A stretch of DNA of 29,250 nucleotides from Gloeobacterales cyanobacterium (lineage in GTDB: Bacteria; Cyanobacteriota; Cyanobacteriia; Gloeobacterales; PMM-0068). The notes under the pieces were generated by a model. The model worked only from the letters and a program-made list of their open reading frames with translations, was not told the origin of the DNA and ran no database searches. Made by a program: the position numbers and the translations under genes. The stretch lies in contig JBBRSB010000040.1 in the NCBI GenBank assembly GCA_038245785.1, positions 1-29,250 on the forward strand, in the 5' to 3' direction. This document shows positions 19,583 to 27,211 of this stretch, piece by piece (position 1 is the first letter of the stretch; every line of letters begins with the position of its first letter).

Positions 19583-19864
19583 TCGCTCGTATTGTAGCTC
19601 AGAGGCTACAGAAGTCTATCTAACCACTTGCACAGTAACTAGAAAGACAAGCCCTACGTATACGACTACGGGGCAAAAGAATTGGGTGGATAACTGAGGA
19701 CTCGTAGCTTAATATCCCTTTTCAAATAATTAAATAGAAATCCCAAAAACTTGTTCAAAGTATCTATTAGATGCATCAATGATTCTCCGCCACCTCTGCA
19801 TAATGCTATGTTAGTCATCAGATACACGCTACGCTCCGGTTCAGCGCAATCTTCTGTAGAAGCT

Positions 19865-20197
19865 CTACGCTAAAACCAAGATGCTCTCTACTTTGCTATC
19901 TCCAAATTGGATAATAGTGTCAAAATTATCTCTTAAAATCTGAACAATCTTTGATGTTGGACTGTTGCCAATACGAAGATAGACAAACTTGGGTGGATGA
20001 CCATAGAGTAAACTGCGCTGATGAAAGTCAGCATCTTTGGAAACAATCACAAAGTTATTAGCCTTTGCACAGTCCCAGATAAGTACATCATCAGTATTCG
20101 TTAGTGCCAAGGTTTTTACATGCTCAGAATTGGGATACAAATCGATAATTCTATAAATGATCCGGTCTGATAGGTTTTCATCTAACAGCAGTCTCAC
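19865..20197 (-). CDS. DUF5615 family PIN-like toxin (VapC45-like)
   Basis: MRLLLDENLS, EHVK, DVLIWD, VIVSKDADF and GHPPKFVYLRIGN. GTG start overlaps the upstream TGA. Confidence 0.9.
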   Translation of the reverse strand: MRLLLDENLSDRIIYRIIDLYPNSEHVKTLALTNTDDVLIWDCAKANNFVIVSKDADFHQRSLLYGHPPKFVYLRIGNSPTSKIVQILRDNFDTIIQFGDSKVESILVLA

Positions 20198-20418
20198 AGC
20201 GAGGCCACAAATAACTTTTTCTCACGGTCAGCCGCAAAAGCAAGACAGGCTTTAATGTCTTCCGAAGTGAGTTCAGAGAAGTCTTCCAGAATTTCGGCTT
20301 CTGTCATGCCACCTGCCAGATACTCTAGGATGTCGTACACCGTGATTCGCATTCCCCGAATACACGGCTTTCCACTGCGTTTTCCAGGCTCGATGGTGAA
20401 GATGTCGTGGTAATCCAT
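20194..20418 (-). CDS. DUF433 family antitoxin
   Basis: IEPGKRSGKPCIRGMRITVYDILEYLAGGMTEAEILEDF. Start set at the ATG at 20418. Confidence 0.92.
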   Translation of the reverse strand: MDYHDIFTIEPGKRSGKPCIRGMRITVYDILEYLAGGMTEAEILEDFSELTSEDIKACLAFAADREKKLFVASL

Positions 20419-20496
20419 AAGGCAATAGCTGTAGAGATTTTGTCTCCATCCATCATATCGGGAATTTTTATTCAACTACGGCATCTGCAGTCAGCT

Positions 20497-21987
20497 CTAT
20501 TCGTCCTTCGCTTGCTCTAACCAACCTTCAATCTCACTCACCAACCACTCTTGTTCAAAGGGATTTAAGCCAAAGGCAAAAGGATGCTGTTTTGTAGTGC
20601 TTCTAAGCGCACAGTAGTAGACATCTCGTTCGTTGACTTTGAAATTGGACTGGATTCTTGCGCCTGTCAGGTTCTTCGTCAGGCCGTTAGCCTGATAGGT
20701 GAATAAGCCTTTGAAGCCCCAGATGATTTCATAGGCATAGCGGTCTACGTGAATTTTAGTTCGGCCTAGAAGTGGCCAGAGAGCTGAAACTAAGAGGAAA
20801 AGTCCAACTGCCCAGAAAGGCACGGAGAAGAGGGCAAAAAGGATAGAGGCCCGCGCCGTAAAACTCGACCAAACGATGATGAAAGTTAACCAAAGCCCTG
20901 CGGAAGCCAAGCCTGAGAGATCACTAAGATGGAAGGATCGATTGGGAATCTTGATATCGAGCTGTTCGGGCGTACGGTCCAACTGAACAATCGTTCCTAA
21001 GGGCTTACCAGACTGTTTAATCTTTCCTGTTTTTGCCGTTTTCACCGAAGATAAACTGTTTTTCTTTTTCAAAAAGGTAAGCGCTTCCTCTGCATCTCGA
21101 AAACGTCGGTCTAAACTTGGCTCCACCATCCTTTCTAGCCATTGTTTTAGGGGCTGACCCACCCGCACTTGGTCCTGGAACTGAATTTTTAGATCTTTCT
21201 GAGGCAAGTCTGCTGGATTCGTCCCCGTCAGCAAGAACAACAGGGTCGTACCCAATCCATAGAGGTCAGAAGCAGGGACCGTTCTTCCACCAAACTGTTC
21301 TGGCGGCATATAGCCATAGGTTCCAACCACTGTCATCGTTCGGCCAGCGGTCGCTTCCGCCTGAACGGCCCCGAAATCTACGAGATAGACCTGATTATCT
21401 TCACCCCAAATCAAATTATTCGGCTTGATATCCCGATGAATAACTGGAGGATTTTGACTATGAAGATAAACTAAAATTTCTAAAATACTTTTGGCCAATT
21501 GCTCTACTTCAGCATCATCTAAGCGCCAACCGGAACGGACCTTCTCCGCCAATGAAATACCGGGAATATAGTCCTGTACGAGACAAAAATAATTCCCTTC
21601 GACTCCGCTCAGGGAAATCCCTTCTGGAGGCCCCTGAACCCCGTTGAACGGCTGCGCTCCCTGAGACCCTTCTGAAGGTCCCTGAACCCCGAGTGGAGTC
21701 TGTTCCCTGAGCGGAGTCGAAGGGAACCAAAAAGAATCTTGATAGCGGGGAATACGAGGATGGGAGAGACTTTTTAAAGTTTGGGCTTCTCGTTCAAACA
21801 GCTTCAGGTCTTGCCATTCCATGCCCTGGCCGAAATACAGGGCTTTCACCGTAACTTCTATACCCGTAGTCAGGTCTTCCGTGAGCCAAGTCTGTTTGCC
21901 GCCATTGGCCCCGAGTCGTTTTTTTAGTTGATAACGGTCTTGCAGCCGAGTGGCATCATGAAGAGGCACAATTTGCACTCCTTTCAT
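20497..21987 (-). CDS. Hanks-type Ser/Thr protein kinase with a C-terminal membrane domain and an in-frame repeat insertion
   Basis: VTVKAL, LFEREA, IHRDIKPNN, LVDFG, GTYGYMPPEQ and SDLYGLG, with two TM helices near the C terminus. Confidence 0.93.
   Translation of the reverse strand: MKGVQIVPLHDATRLQDRYQLKKRLGANGGKQTWLTEDLTTGIEVTVKALYFGQGMEWQDLKLFEREAQTLKSLSHPRIPRYQDSFWFPSTPLREQTPLGVQGPSEGSQGAQPFNGVQGPPEGISLSGVEGNYFCLVQDYIPGISLAEKVRSGWRLDDAEVEQLAKSILEILVYLHSQNPPVIHRDIKPNNLIWGEDNQVYLVDFGAVQAEATAGRTMTVVGTYGYMPPEQFGGRTVPASDLYGLGTTLLFLLTGTNPADLPQKDLKIQFQDQVRVGQPLKQWLERMVEPSLDRRFRDAEEALTFLKKKNSLSSVKTAKTGKIKQSGKPLGTIVQLDRTPEQLDIKIPNRSFHLSDLSGLASAGLWLTFIIVWSSFTARASILFALFSVPFWAVGLFLLVSALWPLLGRTKIHVDRYAYEIIWGFKGLFTYQANGLTKNLTGARIQSNFKVNERDVYYCALRSTTKQHPFAFGLNPFEQEWLVSEIEGWLEQAKDE
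21593..21726. repeat. 134-bp REP/MITE-like palindromic element inside the kinase gene
   Basis: Perfect 24-bp terminal inverted repeats TTCCCTTCGACTCCGCTCAGGGAA (21593-21616 / 21703-21726) and internal 24-bp direct repeats at 21619-21642 and 21667-21690. Confidence 0.9.
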
Positions 21988-22041
21988 TCCTATCCTAATG
22001 GAGTGTGCCCAAACCTGACCATAACGGATCTCTGAATAAAC

Positions 22042-22587
22042 ATGTCTCTACGTATCTACGGCAACCGCGTCTTAAAAACCTTACAAGGCCAGGCTACCCG
22101 TCCTACCCCCAGTCGGGTTCGAGAAGCCGTATTCAATATTTTGCAAGGCCAGATAGAAGACTGTCGCTGGCTAGACCTGTGCAGTGGCATGGGGACTATG
22201 GGGGCAGAAGCTTTGGCCCGTGGTGCCGCTTTCGCTCTGGGCATCGAACGGGAACGGGATGCTGTACAGGTGATTGAAGAAAACTGGCTATCTTTTGGGC
22301 CAGAGCGGTCTTTAGTGATCCGGTCTAAGCTGCCGGATGCACTCACCGCAGTGCAGCGCAAGCAGGAACCTTTTGACATTATTTACTTTGACCCACCCTA
22401 TCAAAGTGACCTCTACGAACTGGTCATTCCTAAAATTGACTTCTTAAATCTTCTGCTACCTCAAGGAATCCTTCTGTGTGAGCATCATCGAAACCGCGTT
22501 TTACCCAAGCTGTGGGGGCGTTTAACCTGTGTAGACCGAAGGACCTATGGAGAAACTAGTATCAGCTTCTACCAGGGTAATATATAG
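22042..22587 (+). CDS. rsmD: 16S rRNA (guanine966-N2)-methyltransferase
   Basis: TRPTPSRVREAVFNIL, WLDLCSGMGTMGAEALARGA, FDIIYFDPPY and RTYGET. Confidence 0.93.
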   Translation: MSLRIYGNRVLKTLQGQATRPTPSRVREAVFNILQGQIEDCRWLDLCSGMGTMGAEALARGAAFALGIERERDAVQVIEENWLSFGPERSLVIRSKLPDALTAVQRKQEPFDIIYFDPPYQSDLYELVIPKIDFLNLLLPQGILLCEHHRNRVLPKLWGRLTCVDRRTYGETSISFYQGNI

Positions 22588-22616
22588 GAGCATCTGAACT
22601 AATTACCCTATACCCT

Positions 22617-23195
22617 ATGGTGTCTTCTCCTTCTGAGTACGAAACCCTTCAGAACCAACTACAAGAACGTCAGCAGTTGATCCAACAGTTGGCACAGGAA
22701 CTGGTGGAAGCGAATATCAAAATTCGAACCCTGGAAACGGCGCCACCACAGCTTGGCCAAGGGGGGGGCAGTGGCTCTGACTATGAAGAGATGCTCAACC
22801 AACAAGTGCATCTGTTGAACGAAGAAAATAGAACACTTAGGCAGCAAATAGGCATTCTAGAACAACGGATTACAGAGGTTCGCAAAGAGCGAGGCGAACT
22901 GGAAAACAGTCACAGCACCCTTTTGTCCAAGATGAATCAGTTGCGAGATGAGAACCGTCGCTTGGAACAATACGTTCAAGACTTACCAGAACTCTATCGC
23001 AGGAAATTTAAAGAGCGGATGGAAGTATTGGAAACTCGGCTAATCGAGATGCAATCCGAAAACGGCAGGCTGAGCCTTGCCATCCTAGAAATGGCGACCC
23101 CGCTACCGGAAGATGAAAATATGCAAATAACAACCTATCTTCCGCTTTCAGACGACGATATTACTTCCTTTCCAGGATTGCCAGAACCGCAGTGA
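22617..23195 (+). CDS. coiled-coil protein, resembling the cyanobacterial Npun_F5560 family
   Basis: Heptad-rich, with RQQLIQQLAQEL and LEQYVQDLPELYRRKFKERM. Family assignment is from recall, not from a search. Confidence 0.65.
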   Translation: MVSSPSEYETLQNQLQERQQLIQQLAQELVEANIKIRTLETAPPQLGQGGGSGSDYEEMLNQQVHLLNEENRTLRQQIGILEQRITEVRKERGELENSHSTLLSKMNQLRDENRRLEQYVQDLPELYRRKFKERMEVLETRLIEMQSENGRLSLAILEMATPLPEDENMQITTYLPLSDDDITSFPGLPEPQ

Positions 23196-23228
23196 CGCTA
23201 AGCCAACTCTACTGCAGTCAGCAGCCTA

Positions 23229-24710
23229 TCAGATGAACTTGATTTTCTGACTGGCATAAGCACACATCTTCAGGAGGATAAGCCCTTCTCTAAAGTGGGC
23301 AATATTGGAACTACCGTATTCTCGTTCCTGATAGCGGACTGGAACATCTAAGATTTTTAAATTGAGCTTAGCTGCACCAAATAGGAGATCGAAGTCACCA
23401 AAAGGATCAAAATCTCCAAAGTAGCTACGACCTTCTACAATCCGTTCGTAGTCTCTTCGCCAAAGTACCTTCGTACCGCACAGCGTATCTTTAAATGGTT
23501 GGTCTAAGAGATAGCTGAAAACCAAGCCAAAAAACTTATTGGCTACCGTATTTAGCCAGGGCATCGCTTCATAGGAACGGGGATAAACCAGACGAGAACC
23601 ATTCGCAAATTCACATCGTCCTGTAGCTAAAGCCTCATAGAACTTAGGCAGGTCTTCAGGCGGAGCCGTCAAATCAGCATCCAGAATCATCAGGATATCG
23701 CCTTTAGCATGGGCAAATCCCTTACGGACAGCATCAGCTTTGCCCTTTCCTGATTGCTTAAAGCAGGAAATATCCCAACGGTCCTTATACACTTCAGCCA
23801 CTCGCTGAATTTCATCCCACGTATTGTCGGTAGAATTTCCTTCGACAAAGATTACTTCCGTTTTAGAACCCATCGCGGGCATTCTTTTAAGCGCATTTTC
23901 AATATTGCCCTCTTCGTTGCGCGCAGGAATCACTACAGACACAGAATAACTATGGTCTACTAAGGTTTCCGGCTGGAAATTGGCGGGTCGGGCAATCACA
24001 TAGCTGGTCAAACCCAACTGGTCAAAAGGAGCAATCCGGCCTAAGTAGCGGTTCACCGCAGTCGCTAACAAGGGAATCTTTTTGGGAGCAATAAAGCGAG
24101 ACCCCTGACGAATCACCTCAAAACCAGTAAGGGATAGCAGATTTTTCAAATCTTCCTGAGAGAGCCAGTTCTGCGCTGGTTGGGGCATCCGTTGTCCTAT
24201 GCTTTCGGCCCAGTCCAGCAGAGGCTGCCATAGATAGCTGTAGTGGGTGATGATGATCCGAGTTTGAGGAGCACAGACCCGATGCAGTTGTTTAAAAGTC
24301 TGTTGGACATCCGCTAGATAGCCAACGGTCCCAGCCAACACCACATAGTCGAAAGGCTCATCTATTTCTAGAGAGGCCGCATCCATCACTTCAAAATGCA
24401 AGTTGGGATATTTAGTCCGGGCTTGAGCGATTAACGCCGGGCTTAAGTCAATGCCCAGACCATAGCTAGGTTTGAGCGTATTTAGCAGTTGGCCATTGCC
24501 GCAACCAATCTCTAGAACTCGGCTTCCTTTAGGAATAACAAACCGACATAGACTTTCTATATCGTCGTAGTAATAACGATTGCGCTCAAGCCACTGGTCC
24601 CGTTCTGGAGCAATCTGGTCAAAATGTTCCTGGATTCGGTCTCGATGGGATTGATAAAAAGATTGCTGCTCTTTAAGCCGTAGGTCATCCAGCAAATTGA
24701 CAAACCTCAA
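23229..24710 (-). CDS. bifunctional class I SAM-dependent methyltransferase / GT2 glycosyltransferase
   Basis: N-terminal VLEIGCGNG; C-terminal SVVIPARNEEGNI, ILDADL, DTLCGTK and DPFGDFDLLFGA. TTG start is uncertain. Confidence 0.9.
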   Translation of the reverse strand: MRFVNLLDDLRLKEQQSFYQSHRDRIQEHFDQIAPERDQWLERNRYYYDDIESLCRFVIPKGSRVLEIGCGNGQLLNTLKPSYGLGIDLSPALIAQARTKYPNLHFEVMDAASLEIDEPFDYVVLAGTVGYLADVQQTFKQLHRVCAPQTRIIITHYSYLWQPLLDWAESIGQRMPQPAQNWLSQEDLKNLLSLTGFEVIRQGSRFIAPKKIPLLATAVNRYLGRIAPFDQLGLTSYVIARPANFQPETLVDHSYSVSVVIPARNEEGNIENALKRMPAMGSKTEVIFVEGNSTDNTWDEIQRVAEVYKDRWDISCFKQSGKGKADAVRKGFAHAKGDILMILDADLTAPPEDLPKFYEALATGRCEFANGSRLVYPRSYEAMPWLNTVANKFFGLVFSYLLDQPFKDTLCGTKVLWRRDYERIVEGRSYFGDFDPFGDFDLLFGAAKLNLKILDVPVRYQEREYGSSNIAHFREGLILLKMCAYASQKIKFI

Positions 24711-24807
24711 AATGGAAGCACGAAACTCACTATGGCAGAAGAAAACTCACTCTAGGATATCATCAAGCTCGACTAGGATGAATCAAGGGGTTAACCGAAC
24801 AAACATC

Positions 24808-25005
24808 ATGAAAATGATTTCAACTAAAAATTGGCTGTATTTGGGCGGAGTGTTCTTCGTATCAGCCGTGCTTTCTGCGGTCGTTAAGTATGCGCTGCCC
24901 CTATTTATCACAACACCTAGTAAGCCCTTCCTATGGTTCGCTATCCTTTTTCCCGCTGCTGCAATGACGCTGATATTGCTGAATTCAAAGGATTCCCCTA
25001 CTTAG
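24808..25005 (+). CDS. small two-TM membrane protein
   Basis: Two hydrophobic helices (WLYLGGVFFVSAVLSAVVKYALP; FLWFAILFPAAAMTLILL). Start is uncertain (24778 or 24808). Confidence 0.6.
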   Translation: MKMISTKNWLYLGGVFFVSAVLSAVVKYALPLFITTPSKPFLWFAILFPAAAMTLILLNSKDSPT

Positions 25006-25468
25006 GAATGCTATCCTCTCTTGTATTTGAGCCCCTATATTCTTCTGAACCTTTATCAATTTTCTTTAAAGGTTCAGCACCCCGATAAGGTTTACCTATA
25101 TAGAAGACGGCAATCCCCGCTGCATGACCTAGACGATCGGTACGGAATGCTTTATCCGCATAGTAGCGGTCTATTTCTGCACACATCTTTTCAGAAGTCA
25201 TATTGTTGGAACCAACACTGATATTGAAACTGGAAGCGGCAGATTTTTTATAGGCAACGATAGAAGATTGACAGAATTTGAGCTTGTCCGGTTTCGTAGC
25301 GGTCAGCCATCGCTCGCCCGTGTCATCTCCCTTGAGGACATTGCTAGCAGTCTTATCAATAGCGGGGGAACTCGCTGCTTTGGCGGCCTCTGTCGTTTGC
25401 GTGGTAGCAGGTTTACTACCGCAAGCACCCAACAGCACGACTAGACTCAGCAGGATCCAAGGTTTCAT
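24998..25468 (-). CDS. hypothetical lipoprotein
   Basis: MKPWILLSLVVLLGA-C lipobox, an Ala/Thr-rich linker and two further Cys. Confidence 0.8.
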   Translation of the reverse strand: MKPWILLSLVVLLGACGSKPATTQTTEAAKAASSPAIDKTASNVLKGDDTGERWLTATKPDKLKFCQSSIVAYKKSAASSFNISVGSNNMTSEKMCAEIDRYYADKAFRTDRLGHAAGIAVFYIGKPYRGAEPLKKIDKGSEEYRGSNTREDSIPK

Positions 25469-25541
25469 AAGGAGTGTTTACTCTAAAGATTTACGAAGGC
25501 TGAAATCAATTGTAGTCGGGATCATCCCTGGGGAAGCGACA

Positions 25542-25570
25542 TTGACAAGCCCAGAGCGGAGTGCTACGTT
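25542..25570 (+). promoter_or_regulatory. sigma70-type promoter of the riboswitch-metK transcript
   Basis: TTGACA-N17-TACGTT with an extended TG. The predicted start site (about 25577) falls just before aptamer helix P1. Confidence 0.75.
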
Positions 25571-25584
25571 GTTCCACAGAGTGA

Positions 25585-25709
25585 AATCTATCTAGAGCTG
25601 ACGGTAGTGATGCTTTGCGTATCACTTGGGAACAGGCCCAAAACCGTCCGGCAACTGGCCTCAAGGTAGGTGCAGTGCCAACTCCTGCGGTAAAGCCGAA
25701 AGATAGATT
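25585..25709 (+). ncRNA. SAM-I (S-box) riboswitch aptamer, variant with an extra hairpin in P2
   Basis: P1 AATCTATC/GATAGATT; J1/2 TAGAG; P2 GACGG/CCGTC and GGG-AACAGG-CCC; P3 GGC-AA-CTG...CAG-T-GCC; J3/4 AACTCCTG pairing with loop CAGG; P4 CGGT/GCCG; AAAGAT. Lies upstream of metK. Confidence 0.92.
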
Positions 25710-25857
25710 GTCTAGTTTGACGAGTGTTAGGAAGGGTTTCTCTATGTAGAGAGGCTTAGTTCCAATACACAAGGCCCATAAACCTGTGCGTCCCGGCACC
25801 TTCTCCCTTTTTGGAGGTGCGCTGTTCGATACCCATTCTTAGCCAGGAGCACGCTCT

Positions 25858-27129
25858 ATGTCTCGTAGCTATCTTTTCTCTTCTGAATCGGTCACTGAAG
25901 GCCATCCAGATAAGATTTGTGACCAAATTTCCGATACGATTCTTGACGCACATTTAGCGCAGGATCCGACGGCGCGGGTTGCCGCTGAGGTTGTTGTAAA
26001 TACAGGTTTAGTCCTGATTACAGGCGAAATCAGCAGTAAGGCTAAAGTGGAATATGCCAAACTAATCCGTAAGAAAATTGCTGAGATTGGTTATACCCAC
26101 GCGGAAAATGGCTTCAGTGCCGATAGCGCCTCTATTTTAATTGCGCTGGACGAACAATCTTGTGACATTGCCCAAGGCGTCGATGCCTCTCTCGAGAATC
26201 GCGGGGACTCTGAAGCAGAATTCGACAGAGTCGGTGCCGGAGACCAGGGCATTATGTTCGGTTACGCCTGTGATGAAACGCCAGAATTAATGCCGATGCC
26301 GATTTGCTTGGCCCACCGCTTAGCCCGTCAACTGGCTAAAGTGCGCAAGGATGGGACTTTGCCCTATCTCAGACCAGATGGCAAAACCCAAGTGACGGTA
26401 GAGTACAAGGACAATAAACCAGTAGCGATTCACACGATCTTGATTTCTACGCAACACGCTGCTGAAGTGGACGGACTCACAGATGAAGCCGAAGTGCGGT
26501 CAAAAATTGCGCAAGACCTTTATAGCTATGTAGTAGAACCTGCTTTCGAAGGACTCGCCATCAAGCCCGATAGCGAAACTCGTTATTTAGTCAATCCAAC
26601 GGGGCGCTTTGTTGTAGGCGGACCGCAGGGAGATGCGGGACTGACTGGACGCAAAATCATCGTCGATACCTATGGTGGCTATGCCCGTCATGGGGGCGGG
26701 GCCTTTTCGGGTAAGGATCCGACCAAAGTAGACCGTTCTGCAGCTTATGCCGCTCGCCACATTGCCAAGAATATCGTAGCCAGTGGTTTGGCTACGCGCT
26801 GTGAAGTACAGGTGGCCTATGCGATTGGGGTCGCACGTCCAGTCTCTATCCTGGTGGAGACCTTTGGGACCGGGAAGGTAGCCGAGGAAACGATTGAGCA
26901 ATTGGTCAAGGAAAACTTTGACCTACGCCCTGCCGCTATCATCCACAATTTCAATTTCCTCAACTTGCCTAAAGAGCGCGGCGGTAGATTCTTCCAAGAT
27001 GTAGCGGCCTACGGTCACTTTGGCCGTACGGATTTGGATCTGCCTTGGGAAAAGACCGATAAGGCCGAACTTCTGAAGGCTAGAGCTGCAGCCATAATTC
27101 CTGCCATTGCGGTAGCTGCAGCAGAGTAG
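25858..27129 (+). CDS. metK: S-adenosylmethionine synthetase
   Basis: [38 protein letters not shown] and [17 protein letters not shown] at 25845-25849. Confidence 0.99.
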   Translation: MSRSYLFSSESVTEGHPDKICDQISDTILDAHLAQDPTARVAAEVVVNTGLVLITGEISSKAKVEYAKLIRKKIAEIGYTHAENGFSADSASILIALDEQSCDIAQGVDASLENRGDSEAEFDRVGAGDQGIMFGYACDETPELMPMPICLAHRLARQLAKVRKDGTLPYLRPDGKTQVTVEYKDNKPVAIHTILISTQHAAEVDGLTDEAEVRSKIAQDLYSYVVEPAFEGLAIKPDSETRYLVNPTGRFVVGGPQGDAGLTGRKIIVDTYGGYARHGGGAFSGKDPTKVDRSAAYAARHIAKNIVASGLATRCEVQVAYAIGVARPVSILVETFGTGKVAEETIEQLVKENFDLRPAAIIHNFNFLNLPKERGGRFFQDVAAYGHFGRTDLDLPWEKTDKAELLKARAAAIIPAIAVAAAE

Positions 27130-27136
27130 CGACTTT

Positions 27137-27169
27137 TTAGCCCTGTGCCTTAAAACAGCACGGGGCTAA
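27137..27169 (+). terminator. stem-loop after metK
   Basis: TTAGCCCTGTGC-N9-GCACGGGGCTAA followed by TCTT (weak U-tract). Confidence 0.65.
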
Positions 27170-27211
27170 TCTTCGCGCTATCCTGTCTTAAGTAGACTTC
27201 AGGACAGATGT

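Noticed and set aside
21619..21690. CRISPR mini-array from the 24-bp direct repeats
   Set aside because: Only two copies, enclosed in terminal inverted repeats inside a CDS, and no cas genes in the window.
25506..25953. Minus-strand ORFs 25506-25799 and 25756-25953
   Set aside because: They are antisense to the riboswitch leader and metK.
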